Part shown: positions 12,971-23,478 of the stretch, in pieces | Numbering within the stretch: the first letter of the stretch is position 1 | Layout: each line of letters begins with the position of its first letter | Assembly: GCA_035575925.1 (NCBI GenBank) | Contig: DATLXK010000070.1 | Location: forward strand, 1,406-65,405 | Reading direction: 5' to 3' | Length of the DNA: 64,000 bases | Source: Sphingobacteriaceae bacterium | GTDB taxonomy: Bacteria; Bacteroidota; Bacteroidia; Sphingobacteriales; Sphingobacteriaceae | The notes under the pieces: model-generated | What the model was told of the DNA's origin: nothing | Seen by the model: the letters and a program-made list of their open reading frames with translations, nothing else | The model's database searches: none | Made by a program: the position numbers and the translations under genes

Positions 12971-13849
12971 ATGAAGAAGTTCTATGGTACCGGAGTTGCA
13001 ATAATTACTCCATTTAATACAGACGGCACAGTTGATCATACCGCCTTAAAGAAACTAATAAATTATCTGATTGACGGAGGTGTACAATATCTGGTTTCAT
13101 TAGGAACTACAGGGGAAACCTCCACGTTATCTAACGATGAAAAGAAGGCTGTTTGGGATATTACTGCAGAAACTATAGATAAGAGAGTTCCTTTAGTAGC
13201 AGGAATAGGCGGGAATAATACCAGCGAAATCTCATCTTCGCTAAAAAGTTTCAATACCGATGGTTTTGATGCTATTTTATCAGTTAGCCCATATTATAGC
13301 AAGCCTACCCAGGAAGGCCTTTACCAACACTATAAGGCAGTATCCGACGCGTCATCATTGCCTGTAATTTTATATAATGTTCCATCACGAACCGGATGCA
13401 ACATCTCCGTAGAAACAATATTAAGATTAGCACATGATGTTAAAAATATAATCGGTGTGAAAGAAGCTTCAGCTGATTTTGATCAGTTTAATAGAATTGT
13501 AAAAGATAAGCCCGATGATTTCCTCTTTATCTCAGGAGATGACTCCATTACACTGCCCATGGTAGCTTTGGGTGCAGCGGGGGTCATCTCTGTTGCCGGA
13601 AATGCATTTCCTAAATTAGTGTCTACTATGGTTCGCCTGTGCCTGGATGGGCAATTTAAGGAGGCATTGCCATTACATAATAGCCTCGTAAATATAACCA
13701 GGTTAATGTTTGTTGATGGCAGCCCTGCTGGCGTAAAAGCTATTTTAAAACTGCTTGATCTTTGTGGAGATACACTACGTCTTCCGCTTGTTAATGTAAG
13801 CAGTAATACGTTTGATGCTATAAATTATGAGTTGCCTAAACTCAGGTAA
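12971..13849 (+). CDS. dapA: 4-hydroxy-tetrahydrodipicolinate synthase
   Basis: GTTGE motif; DapA-family length (292 aa) and sequence. Confidence 0.9.
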   Translation: MKKFYGTGVAIITPFNTDGTVDHTALKKLINYLIDGGVQYLVSLGTTGETSTLSNDEKKAVWDITAETIDKRVPLVAGIGGNNTSEISSSLKSFNTDGFDAILSVSPYYSKPTQEGLYQHYKAVSDASSLPVILYNVPSRTGCNISVETILRLAHDVKNIIGVKEASADFDQFNRIVKDKPDDFLFISGDDSITLPMVALGAAGVISVAGNAFPKLVSTMVRLCLDGQFKEALPLHNSLVNITRLMFVDGSPAGVKAILKLLDLCGDTLRLPLVNVSSNTFDAINYELPKLR

Positions 13850-13859
13850 CTAAAATAAG

Positions 13860-13890
13860 AAAGCCCCGCATGAAATTCATACGGGGCTTT
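13860..13890. terminator. Bidirectional hairpin between convergent dapA and the H1-like gene
   Basis: aaagccccg (13860-13868) pairs with cggggcttt (13882-13890). Confidence 0.6.
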
Positions 13891-13908
13891 AAATGTCTTA
13901 AACTAAAA

Positions 13909-14112
13909 TTACTTTTTCTTAGCTGGAGCAGGAGCAGTTGTTTTATTCTTTGTGTCCTGAACTTCTAAGCGGATTGCCTGAGCTAAGTTCTTTAAATCCT
14001 GCATGCCTTTTCTTACACGAGTACCTGCGGCACTGTTACCTTTGTTGTAAAATTTGTCAGCATCGCCTTCTAATCCAGCTAATACCTCTTTAAATTGGTT
14101 GAATCTTTTCAT
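13909..14112 (-). CDS. Histone H1-like small basic DNA-binding protein
   Basis: 67 aa with a Lys/Ala-rich tail APAPAKKK. Resembles Bacteroidota histone H1-like proteins. Confidence 0.55.
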   Translation of the reverse strand: MKRFNQFKEVLAGLEGDADKFYNKGNSAAGTRVRKGMQDLKNLAQAIRLEVQDTKNKTTAPAPAKKK

Positions 14113-14382
14113 TTTAGTTACTCCTTTTTAAGTTTTTATTGGGTTAATATTTTATAACTCTAACGAATGTATAATCTTTTTTTGTAAAAAAAGATTTTTG
14201 AAAAGAAATACAATACGCGTTTCAAACGTTTTTTTCCACATTTTTTAAATGTGATATTTTAAAATAAAGTTAATTGACGTTAACCTCCTGATTATGAGTT
14301 AAATAAAAAGTTATTTAATATAAAACACACAGATACCGCTTAAAAGGCTATTTAATAAAACACAAAATTTGTGTACACATAT

Positions 14383-15624
14383 TTATGTCACAACGATCTT
14401 CTGATCTTTATAATACCCGTTTTGCAGTTTGACTGAGACTTCATTAAAGGCATCAAGTGTTCGATTAACATCTTCAAGTGTATGCATAGCTGTTGGTATC
14501 AACCTTAATTCAATAAGTCCTTTAGGAATAACCGGATAAACTACAATAGAGCAAAAAATACTATAATTTTCTCTCAAATCCATAGTTATTGCAGTAGCTT
14601 CAGTCAATTCCCCCTTCAGGAATACCGGAGTTACCATAGTATTGGTTATACCAAGATCAAACCCACCTTCTCTTAATCCCTGCTGTAATGCACGGGCAAT
14701 AGCCCATAGTTTCTCACGAAGTTCTGGCTTACTTTTTAATAACTCCAGCCTTTTACGCAATCCTATAACCATTGGCATAGGTAAAGATTTGGCAAATGTC
14801 TGCGATCGCATGTTATACCTAAGATAGGTGGTGATCTCTTCCGTAGAAGCCACAAAGGCTCCTATACCAGCCATAGATTTAGCAAAAGTTGCAAAATACA
14901 CATCTATTCCATCAATACAACCCTGCTCTTCGTGTGTACCGGCTCCAGTCGGACCCATTGTTCCAAATCCATGAGCGTCATCAATCAGCAATCTGAAATT
15001 AAATTGAGATTTCAGGGCAACAATTTCTTTTAGATTCCCCTGAGCTCCGGACATTCCAAAAACACCTTCAGTTATAACCAGAATACCGCCGCCCGTTTGT
15101 TCTACAAGCTTTGTAGCCCGTTCCAATTGCTTTTTACAGCTTTCAATATCATTATGTTGGTAGACAAAGCGTTTACCCATGTGCAGCCTAACTCCGTCAA
15201 TTATACAAGCATGACATTCTCCGTCATAAACGATTACATCATTACGATCTACCAGTGTATCTATAATGGATACCATCCCCTGATAGCCAAAATTTAATAA
15301 AAAAGCGTCCGGCTTTCCAACAAATTCAGCAAGATCCTTTTCAAGCGCTTCATGATGATTTGAATTACCAGACATCATGCGGGCTCCCATCGGATAAGCC
15401 ATTCCAAACTCTTCAGCTCCTTTTTTATCAGCTTCACGCACTTCAGGATGGTTTGCCAGTCCCAGATAATTATTTAAGCTCCATACCAGGTGATCCTTAC
15501 CCCTAAACTTCATATGCGGACTAATTTCTCCTTCAAGCTTAGGAAATGAGAAATATCCATGAGACCATTTATGATGCTGGCCCAGGGGACCTAAGTTTTT
15601 TGAAATTTTTTCAAATAAATCCAA
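14383..15624 (-). CDS. PLP-dependent alpha-oxoamine synthase (serine palmitoyltransferase / KBL / BioF family)
   Basis: 413 aa of class II aminotransferase fold, with TFAKS carrying the PLP lysine. The N-terminal region resembles Bacteroidota Spt-like enzymes. Confidence 0.65.
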   Translation of the reverse strand: MDLFEKISKNLGPLGQHHKWSHGYFSFPKLEGEISPHMKFRGKDHLVWSLNNYLGLANHPEVREADKKGAEEFGMAYPMGARMMSGNSNHHEALEKDLAEFVGKPDAFLLNFGYQGMVSIIDTLVDRNDVIVYDGECHACIIDGVRLHMGKRFVYQHNDIESCKKQLERATKLVEQTGGGILVITEGVFGMSGAQGNLKEIVALKSQFNFRLLIDDAHGFGTMGPTGAGTHEEQGCIDGIDVYFATFAKSMAGIGAFVASTEEITTYLRYNMRSQTFAKSLPMPMVIGLRKRLELLKSKPELREKLWAIARALQQGLREGGFDLGITNTMVTPVFLKGELTEATAITMDLRENYSIFCSIVVYPVIPKGLIELRLIPTAMHTLEDVNRTLDAFNEVSVKLQNGYYKDQKIVVT

Positions 15625-15731
15625 ATCAGTAAATATTTAAATGTTCTTTAAAGCACTGCAAAGTTACGTTTTACAGTCTAATATCCATAGAGGGAATGTC
15701 AAATACTAAGCAGATGGCTTGCACCTATTAC

Positions 15732-15761
15732 CAAAAAGGCTTCGCGGTAATCGCGAAGCCT
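15732..15761 (-). terminator. Rho-independent terminator ending the dcw operon after ftsZ
   Basis: aggcttcgcg (15737-15746) pairs with cgcgaagcct (15752-15761), followed on the minus strand by a T-run. Confidence 0.65.
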
Positions 15762-15780
15762 ATCCAATTTGTAATTTGTA

Positions 15781-17409
15781 TTAATCTACATTATCATGAA
15801 GAAATGAATTATTTGGCCGGATTTCAGTTATCCCATCCTCAGTAGATAATGTAAACCTGGAGACCTGGGAATCAGAAGAATGTGGTTCCTGAGGTAATGT
15901 CATCTGCTTACGTTTGTATGCAGGCTCATTTTCAAGTTCCTGCAGTCCGTTGGTGGTTCGTAATTTCATACTCAAATCTTTCAGACGTAAAATACGTTCT
16001 TTTGATTTTCTAAGCTGCTCTTCTATAGACTCATCTGTTCTGTTTTCATCCGGATTTACCACCTCAGGTTCAGACCTTTCGCTTTTTTCGATTACGGTTG
16101 GCTCTTGTATGATAGTAAGTTCAGGCTCAACTTCAGCAACTTTCAATTGCATATCAAATTCAATCACAGGCTCATCTTCAACGTTTTCCCGGGGTAACAA
16201 ATCATGACTCATATCAAACCCGGGAGCCGGCTCAATATCACCTTTAGATTGAGGCTGAAGAAATCCTGCAAACAAGTCTGACTGAGTTTCTTCCTTTAAC
16301 CTCATAACAGGAGATTCTTCTACCTCAGGCACTTCTTCAATTCTCGTAATGAAGGTATTAGAAACCTCAATTAGAGGCCGGATAAGCGGTGCATTATCAG
16401 GTGTAAGAGGCGAAACCCTGCGTACCTGGCTTTTTTCCACTTCCCGTTCTTCTTTAGTTTGAAAACCTGTAGCGATAATGGTAACTGAAAGTTTTTCTCC
16501 CAATGATTCATCTGTACAGTTACCCCATATCAAATCGGCCGCCAAACCAGCTTCCGACTGAATAAAATCAGTAATTATACTTACTTCATCCATAGTAACC
16601 TCTTTTGCCCCTGAGCTGATGTTTAATAAGATATACCGTGCTCCTTCAATCTCGTTATCCTTTAATAATGGGGATGCCAAAGCACCCTCAACCGCACGCA
16701 ATGCCCGATTTTCACCTTCCGCCGCATAGCTGCCCATTATAGCAACGCCGCTTTCTTTCATCACTGTGCGCACATCTTTAAAATCCACGTTGATGTATCC
16801 GGGTATGGTTATGATCTCTGCAATGCCTTTTGCAGCAGTGGTTAAAATATTATCTGCCTGGGCAAATGCGGAGCCCAGAGTTAAGTTTCCAAAGATCTCG
16901 CGTAAACGATCATTTGAAATAACAAGATAAGAATCTACATATTTCTTAAACTCTTCAAGTCCATCTTCAGCCTGCATTTTACGTCGCTTTCCTTCAAACG
17001 AGAAAGGAGTTGTAATAATACCTACTGTAAGAATATCGAGTTCTTTTGCCGCTTTTGCAATAATCGGACTTGCGCCAGTACCTGTCCCTCCCCCCATTCC
17101 TGCAGTGATAAACAACATTTTTGTATTGCTGCCCAGCATTTCCTTGATATCATCAATATTTTCTATTGCTGAATTTTTTCCAACTTCCGGTATAGAACCT
17201 GCTCCCATTCCTTCTGTTAAACTGGCGCCCAACTGAACTTTATTAGGAATTGGACTTAATTCCAGAGCCTGGGCATCTGTATTACAGATGATAAAATCCA
17301 CGCCAGTAATTCCCTGACGATACATGTGGTTTACTGCATTACCCCCGCCGCCGCCAACACCAATAACCTTAATTATTGATGATTTTTCTTTTAGCATTTC
17401 AAACTTCAT
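15781..17409 (-). CDS. ftsZ: Cell division GTPase FtsZ (long acidic, Pro-rich C-terminal linker)
   Basis: GVGGGGGNA and GGGTGTG tubulin signature; 542 aa. Confidence 0.97.
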   Translation of the reverse strand: MKFEMLKEKSSIIKVIGVGGGGGNAVNHMYRQGITGVDFIICNTDAQALELSPIPNKVQLGASLTEGMGAGSIPEVGKNSAIENIDDIKEMLGSNTKMLFITAGMGGGTGTGASPIIAKAAKELDILTVGIITTPFSFEGKRRKMQAEDGLEEFKKYVDSYLVISNDRLREIFGNLTLGSAFAQADNILTTAAKGIAEIITIPGYINVDFKDVRTVMKESGVAIMGSYAAEGENRALRAVEGALASPLLKDNEIEGARYILLNISSGAKEVTMDEVSIITDFIQSEAGLAADLIWGNCTDESLGEKLSVTIIATGFQTKEEREVEKSQVRRVSPLTPDNAPLIRPLIEVSNTFITRIEEVPEVEESPVMRLKEETQSDLFAGFLQPQSKGDIEPAPGFDMSHDLLPRENVEDEPVIEFDMQLKVAEVEPELTIIQEPTVIEKSERSEPEVVNPDENRTDESIEEQLRKSKERILRLKDLSMKLRTTNGLQELENEPAYKRKQMTLPQEPHSSDSQVSRFTLSTEDGITEIRPNNSFLHDNVD

Positions 17410-17526
17410 ATTGTATGAGTTTATGTGATTTCTTAGTTAGACAGTACTTTTTGTAATATTAATCAATTTTGCACACGCGTTTTCCACAAATGTTAAAAGT
17501 GTGGAAAAATCGCTTCTTGTTGATAA

Positions 17527-18882
17527 TTAACGGATGTAATCTTCATCCTTAATATCATCTTTTATAAACTTTGCACCTTTTTGAAGAAGTTTGTCAAATA
17601 ATCCGAACCCGCTCTTTTTGTTTTTTTCGTTCTCTATAACCTTTTCAACAATTACTCCCGGTTGCTTCACCATATCAAGCATCTGTTCCGTTTTTTGTAT
17701 TCCTTTAATAAGCAATCCGATACCGGTTGCATACATTGGGCTTTTCAGATCGTCATATATATTTTTGGGGAGCACTTCATTCTTAGCCAAATGCTCATTT
17801 GGATAGCCTACCCGGCAATCCAGTCCGGTAACATATTCTACCAACTGTGGCAGGTGTTTAAGTTGTGAACCGCCGCCGGTAATTACAATTCCTGCAATCA
17901 GTTTTTTCTCATATCCCGAAGATTTTATTTCATAATAAACATGCTCTATGATCTCTTCCATTCTGGCCTGAATCACATACGCGAGATTTTTAACAGATAT
18001 CTCTTTAGCTTCTCTTCCTCTTAACCCGGGCACGCTAATAATTTCATTGTCCCGGTTTTCATCAGCTAATGCTGAACCGAAACGGGTTTTAAGCAGTTCT
18101 GCCTGGTTACGCATTACGGAGCAACCTTCACGTATATCTTCTGTGATGCTATTTCCCCCAAAAGGAATTACTGCGGTGTGCCGGATGATGCTTTCATGGA
18201 AAATAGCAATGTCAGTTGTACCTCCGCCAATATCCACTAAAACTACACCGGCCTCCTTCTCTTCATCGCTGAGAACAGATTCGGATGATGCCAGAGGTTC
18301 CAGTATGAGTTCCTGTGTTTCCAGGTTTGCATTTCCAACACACTTCAATATATTTTTTACAGCACTAACATGGCCTGAAATGATATGAAAATTAGCCTCC
18401 AAACGTACACCGGCCATCCCGATAGGATCTTTGATCCCAGGCTCGTTGTCAACCGTAAATTCTTGCGGAAGAACGTGTATGATCTCTTCTCCGGGAGGCA
18501 TTACCAATTTGTACATATCCTCAATAAGCTTATCAATATCCTTTCGCTGTATCTCGGTATTAAGTTCTTTACGTGTAAAAATACCCCGGTGCTGCAAACT
18601 TTTGATGTGCTGCCCTGCAATACCTACGTTTACAATTTTTACATCAACATTTGACTGAACACTGGCTTGCTCAACAGCCTGTAAAATGCCGTGAACGGTT
18701 TTTTGGATGTTTGAAACCACTCCACGTGTCACTCCCGCTGATTCCGCTCTCCCCATCCCCAGTATTTCGATTTTACCATGGCTGCTCCTACGACCTACGG
18801 TAACACAAATTTTAGTCGTGCCGATATCTAAACCCACAACAATTGGTGAGTTTTTGGCAGAGGTAGAGTTATCCTTTTCCAT
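17527..18882 (-). CDS. ftsA: Cell division protein FtsA
   Basis: Actin-fold motifs GLDIGTTK and VDIGGGTTD; sits in the dcw cluster. Confidence 0.95.
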   Translation of the reverse strand: MEKDNSTSAKNSPIVVGLDIGTTKICVTVGRRSSHGKIEILGMGRAESAGVTRGVVSNIQKTVHGILQAVEQASVQSNVDVKIVNVGIAGQHIKSLQHRGIFTRKELNTEIQRKDIDKLIEDMYKLVMPPGEEIIHVLPQEFTVDNEPGIKDPIGMAGVRLEANFHIISGHVSAVKNILKCVGNANLETQELILEPLASSESVLSDEEKEAGVVLVDIGGGTTDIAIFHESIIRHTAVIPFGGNSITEDIREGCSVMRNQAELLKTRFGSALADENRDNEIISVPGLRGREAKEISVKNLAYVIQARMEEIIEHVYYEIKSSGYEKKLIAGIVITGGGSQLKHLPQLVEYVTGLDCRVGYPNEHLAKNEVLPKNIYDDLKSPMYATGIGLLIKGIQKTEQMLDMVKQPGVIVEKVIENEKNKKSGFGLFDKLLQKGAKFIKDDIKDEDYIR

Positions 18883-18893
18883 ATAATAAAGTA

Positions 18894-19778
18894 TTAAATT
18901 TTTATAACTGTATCTTTCGTTGTTTTAATTTTCTTAAGACTATCAATCAAAGGTTTTGAAATCCGTCCCCTACTAGCAATAGCCGTGCTGTCAATTTCAT
19001 TCTTCACACAAACAACCTGATTAGTATATTTTATGTTAATAGTTTTATAAGCCCCCCAGCCTACTTTAGGCATAGCTTTTTTATAAAACATCAGCAGGTT
19101 TGTAAATTTGGTTTGTAATGAATCAGCATTTCCAAGAATGATCTTATGATTACCTACACGTGGCACCAGCTCAATCTCTGATTTACTATTTACAAATATT
19201 TGTTCTATCTGGTGGCGCCATAATGTATCTCTTTCTATGAATAATGCCGTATGAAACAGATCACGCGCCAAAGCAGTTTTTAAGGTATCAATAATGCCAG
19301 AGAAATTTTCCAGGATATGACCATTTGCAACTAAAACCCTGGCGGTAAATACTTGAGAGGTTGGCACTTTTAACCCGTTTCGGTCAATATAAAAATCCTG
19401 ATTAGCCATATTTAATACCCGTAATAAAGGTTCCCGCTGTTTGATCTGTACCTGGATTACCCCGTTCATATCAGCGTATACTTTTGCAGCCTCAATAAAT
19501 GGGTTAGCCCGCAACGCCGCCTCTAACCGATGAATATTAATTTGCGCCAGATTTCTTCCAACTAATTGACCGGATGCATTTTGCAAAATATTATCAATTT
19601 CAGACCGCTCAACAAAAGTTTGATTACCGGGAATAATTACTTTTACGTCTTTACAAATGGTACTGTCTTTTTTTATTTCAATAAAACTCATCAGTAATAC
19701 CAGACCACTCAGGCTCACTACCCAAATACATCCGTACATCACGGCCTTCCAATTTATTCTTTTTAACAGGTCAATCAT
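18894..19778 (-). CDS. ftsQ: Cell division protein FtsQ
   Basis: Single N-terminal TM segment plus POTRA-like domain, located between murC and ftsA. Confidence 0.8.
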   Translation of the reverse strand: MIDLLKRINWKAVMYGCIWVVSLSGLVLLMSFIEIKKDSTICKDVKVIIPGNQTFVERSEIDNILQNASGQLVGRNLAQINIHRLEAALRANPFIEAAKVYADMNGVIQVQIKQREPLLRVLNMANQDFYIDRNGLKVPTSQVFTARVLVANGHILENFSGIIDTLKTALARDLFHTALFIERDTLWRHQIEQIFVNSKSEIELVPRVGNHKIILGNADSLQTKFTNLLMFYKKAMPKVGWGAYKTINIKYTNQVVCVKNEIDSTAIASRGRISKPLIDSLKKIKTTKDTVIKI

Positions 19779-21127
19779 TGGCTTAAAATCTTTTTTAAAG
19801 GCTCAATCAATGTATCTATATCACCGGCTCCTACTGTTAAAAGCAATTCGGGTCTTTCCTTCTCTACATAATTCAATGCCTCTTGCATACTGCATATTCT
19901 TTTCTTCTCCAGAGCGACATCATTAAGTATTATTTTTGATGTGACCCCTTCTATGGGCAATTCCCGGGCAGGATAAATATCAAGCATAATCAGGTTATCA
20001 CTCATTCCCAATACTTCTGAAAAACCACTTGCAAAATCCCTTGTGCGTGTGAATAAATGAGGCTGAAATATGGTTGTCAACTTTTTATTCGGATACAGCG
20101 ACTTTACTGCTGAAATACATGCACGCAGTTCTTCCGGATGATGCGCATAATCATCGATGTAAATATGCTTTTCTGTTTTAACAATATATTCAAATCGGCG
20201 CTTAACACCCTGGTATGTTGCTAAAGCATCTTTTATTTTACTGCTCTCTACCCCGACAATTAATGCGGCCTGAATAGCGGCTAATGCATTTTCAACATTA
20301 TGCAGGCCGGGCAGACCAAGTTTAATGTCTTTGATGTTAACAAGGCTGCTGTTAAAATCAAAGTAAAACTCCCCGTTTTGTATGCGGATATTTTGCGCTG
20401 TCACGTCAGCATCTGATGTTCCTGAATAAGTGACCGCTTTTTGAAGATCAAGGCCTTCAGGACATAACAGTTTACCACCAGGCTTCACCTGCGAAACAAA
20501 TAATTTAAAGGATTCTGTAAGATGTGATTCATCACCATATATATCCAGATGATCAGCATCCATCGAAGTAACTATAGCAATATCAGGATGTAGAGCAAGA
20601 AAGGAGCGATCATACTCATCGGCCTCTACTACAACCACATTGTTATCGCCAAACAATACGTTAGTTGCATAATTAGTTGCAATACCTCCTAAAAATGCAG
20701 AACAATCAAATCCGGAGTGCTTTAAAATATGTGCAACCATACTGGAAGTAGTGGTTTTACCATGAGTACCGGCAACAGCAATGGTAAACATACTTCTACT
20801 GATTATTCCCAGAACCTCAGAACGCTTCTTTAATTCAAAATTATTATTCTTGAAAAAATTCAGAATGTCTGAATCTTTTGGAATTGCAGGTGTGTAAATA
20901 ATCAGGGTAGTCTTCTCAGCTATTTTATATTCAGCAGGAAGCTCATTAGCAAGGTCATTGTAGGTAATGTGTATGCCTTCATCGATTAAACTTATTGTTA
21001 ACGGGGTTTCTGTACGGTCATATCCGCTAACTTTACAGCCACGTTTATTGAAATACCGGGCAAGGCCACTCATGCCAATACCGCCGATACCAATTAAATA
21101 AACCCGCTGTATAATATTCAACTCCAT
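19775..21127 (-). CDS. murC: UDP-N-acetylmuramate--L-alanine ligase
   Basis: GIGGIGMSGLA and GTHGKTTT motifs. Confidence 0.95.
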   Translation of the reverse strand: MELNIIQRVYLIGIGGIGMSGLARYFNKRGCKVSGYDRTETPLTISLIDEGIHITYNDLANELPAEYKIAEKTTLIIYTPAIPKDSDILNFFKNNNFELKKRSEVLGIISRSMFTIAVAGTHGKTTTSSMVAHILKHSGFDCSAFLGGIATNYATNVLFGDNNVVVVEADEYDRSFLALHPDIAIVTSMDADHLDIYGDESHLTESFKLFVSQVKPGGKLLCPEGLDLQKAVTYSGTSDADVTAQNIRIQNGEFYFDFNSSLVNIKDIKLGLPGLHNVENALAAIQAALIVGVESSKIKDALATYQGVKRRFEYIVKTEKHIYIDDYAHHPEELRACISAVKSLYPNKKLTTIFQPHLFTRTRDFASGFSEVLGMSDNLIMLDIYPARELPIEGVTSKIILNDVALEKKRICSMQEALNYVEKERPELLLTVGAGDIDTLIEPLKKILSQ

Positions 21128-22224
21128 TATCCGGCAATTTTTAATACTTCATCTGCAATTATCTCGTCTGCCATTGGTTGTGCCATCAGGCCAATATTAT
21201 TTCCCAGTTCCCTTATCTTATCAGGATTATTTATCAAACTCAGTGCGACATCAACCAGCTCCTGTTCAGCTATATTATCTGCAACCATTAACGCTGCATT
21301 TTTATCTACCAAAGCCATTGCATTTTTTGTCTGATGATCTTCGGCCACATTTGGTGAAGGCACCAGGATAACGGGTTTTTTAATTACGCTCATCTCTGCA
21401 ATACTGCCTGCCCCGGCCCTGGAAATTATCACATCAGCCATTGCATAAGCCAGATCCATGCGGTTTAAAAATTCCATGACTTTTATACCTGCATGAGTTT
21501 TCCCATTCAGTTGTTCGGCTATTGATTTATAATAAAATTTCCCGGTTTGCCATATTAATTGCACATCTGCAGCAACTAACTTTTCAAGGCCTGCTAACAT
21601 ACTTTTATTGAGAGTACCTGCACCCAGACTACCGCCAATAACCAGGATCGTTTTCTTATTTTGTTTTAACTCAAAAAATACCGAAGCTTCTGAACGCTTA
21701 TTTTCAATAGCTACTGATTCTTTTCTTATCGGATTACCTGTCAGTAGAATTTTATCCTGAGGAAAAAACTGCTGCATCCCTTCAAAAGCCACACAAACAA
21801 GTTTCGCCTTTTTTCCAAGCCATTTATTAGTTATACCGGCAAAAGAATTCTGTTCCTGAATAATGTAAGGCACATTCATCATACCCGCAGCATATAACAA
21901 GGGACCAGAGGCATAGCCACCTACACCCACAGCCACATCAGGCTTAAATTCTTTAATTACTTTTCTCGCCTTTATTACAGATACCAGCATTTTATACGGA
22001 AGCAAAATATTCTTCCACAGTGCTTTGCGCTGAAATCCCTGAATATCCAGGCCAATTATTTTATAACCTGCAGCAGGCACTTTTTCAATTTCCATTTTTC
22101 CGCTGGCACCAACAAAAAGTATTTCTGTATCAGGTTGTATATGCTTTAATGCATTAGCAATAGCTACAGCGGGGAAAATATGCCCTCCTGTACCTCCACC
22201 GCTTATGATTACACGTTTTGCCAT
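21127..22224 (-). CDS. murG: UDP-GlcNAc:lipid I N-acetylglucosaminyltransferase
   Basis: SGGGTGGHIFPA motif. Confidence 0.95.
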   Translation of the reverse strand: MAKRVIISGGGTGGHIFPAVAIANALKHIQPDTEILFVGASGKMEIEKVPAAGYKIIGLDIQGFQRKALWKNILLPYKMLVSVIKARKVIKEFKPDVAVGVGGYASGPLLYAAGMMNVPYIIQEQNSFAGITNKWLGKKAKLVCVAFEGMQQFFPQDKILLTGNPIRKESVAIENKRSEASVFFELKQNKKTILVIGGSLGAGTLNKSMLAGLEKLVAADVQLIWQTGKFYYKSIAEQLNGKTHAGIKVMEFLNRMDLAYAMADVIISRAGAGSIAEMSVIKKPVILVPSPNVAEDHQTKNAMALVDKNAALMVADNIAEQELVDVALSLINNPDKIRELGNNIGLMAQPMADEIIADEVLKIAG

Positions 22225-22302
22225 AGCCTCACCCCGACCCTTTCCTATCAGGAGAGGGAGTTATATTTATTTATTAATGATTTCATACACATAGTTTATT
22301 GC

Positions 22303-23478
22303 TTATCCCATTGCAGGAATTTCGCCTACAATTATCTTTTCATTCTTACTATTTAATTCCTGTTGTTTTTTCTCGTCTATATCGCGGCTAACGCTCAGTA
22401 TAATACCGAAAGCTATACTGGTAAATAGTATGGATGTTCCACCCATACTTACTAATGGTAAGGGCACACCTGTAACCGGCCCCAGGCCAACGGCGACAGC
22501 CATATTGGCAAATGCCTGTATTGTGAGGCTAAAACTCAGACCCGCTGCCAGCAAGGCCCCAAACGCCTTCGGACTTTGCGTAACTATCAAAATACATCGC
22601 CATAGAAAAACGAGATACATGATCACCAGTATAACACCACCCACTAACCCATACTCTTCAATAATAAGTGCGTATACAAAATCTGAATACGGATGCGGAA
22701 GAAAATTACGTTGTGTACTGTTTCCAGGGCCTTTGCCAAAAATACCTCCTGTAGCAATGGCTATTTTTGCCTGGGTTGCCTGGAACGATTTATCCGGATC
22801 TGCTTTCTCAGGGTGTATAAATGCATTAACACGAGATATATATGTTTGACGTCGTGAACCCATTAAAACTACGCCAGTAAGTAAAATTGCCACCCCCAAA
22901 CAAACTATTGCTATCTGTTTAATACTGATCCGACCAATAATCAATAATAAAATACTCACGCTAAAAAGCATTAAGGCGGTTGATAAATTAGCCAGTGCAA
23001 TCAGAACGAATATTACACAAACAGAACTCATGATAGGCAAAAAAGCCTTTTTTACATCTTTAATATTTTCCTGTTTTCTCGTTAATGTTCTGGCCAGAAA
23101 GGTGATTAATGCGAGTTTAGCCAAATCGGAAGTTTGAAATGTTTGGTTAATAACCGGTATGGTTACCCAACGACTGGCATCATTTACAGTGTTACCAAAC
23201 ATCAATGTATAAAGCAATAAAGGGATCGTGATTATCATCAGCACTTTAGAAATACCTGCATAATATCTATAATCCAGTAAATGAGAGAAATACATCAGGG
23301 CAAGGCCGCCAATAATCATCACCAGATGTTTGATCAGGTAATATTCAGAAGATTTATCATTCTTATAAGCAATGGTACCGGTTGAGCTGTATACTGCCAG
23401 TAATGACCATATAGATAGCAGAATCACGATAAGCCATATCCACCGGTCCCCTTTTGTTTTATTAATGATTGTTTCCAT
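22303..23478 (-). CDS. ftsW: Peptidoglycan glycosyltransferase FtsW (SEDS family)
   Basis: Polytopic SEDS-type sequence in the expected dcw position. Confidence 0.9.
   Translation of the reverse strand: METIINKTKGDRWIWLIVILLSIWSLLAVYSSTGTIAYKNDKSSEYYLIKHLVMIIGGLALMYFSHLLDYRYYAGISKVLMIITIPLLLYTLMFGNTVNDASRWVTIPVINQTFQTSDLAKLALITFLARTLTRKQENIKDVKKAFLPIMSSVCVIFVLIALANLSTALMLFSVSILLLIIGRISIKQIAIVCLGVAILLTGVVLMGSRRQTYISRVNAFIHPEKADPDKSFQATQAKIAIATGGIFGKGPGNSTQRNFLPHPYSDFVYALIIEEYGLVGGVILVIMYLVFLWRCILIVTQSPKAFGALLAAGLSFSLTIQAFANMAVAVGLGPVTGVPLPLVSMGGTSILFTSIAFGIILSVSRDIDEKKQQELNSKNEKIIVGEIPAMG

Noticed and set aside
14174-14195. Perfect 10-bp A/T inverted repeat (atcttttttt-gt-aaaaaaagat) upstream of the H1-like gene, and the acacaaa-a-tttgtgt palindrome at 14360-14374
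   Set aside because: These are homopolymer-based palindromes in a 270-bp AT-rich intergenic region. They are easily produced by chance, and no second copy or phasing supports a function.
15781-16400. The unusually long acidic, Pro-rich FtsZ C-terminal linker as a novelty
   Set aside because: Long disordered linkers ending in a conserved C-terminal peptide are common in Bacteroidota FtsZ, so this is not evidence of a new feature.
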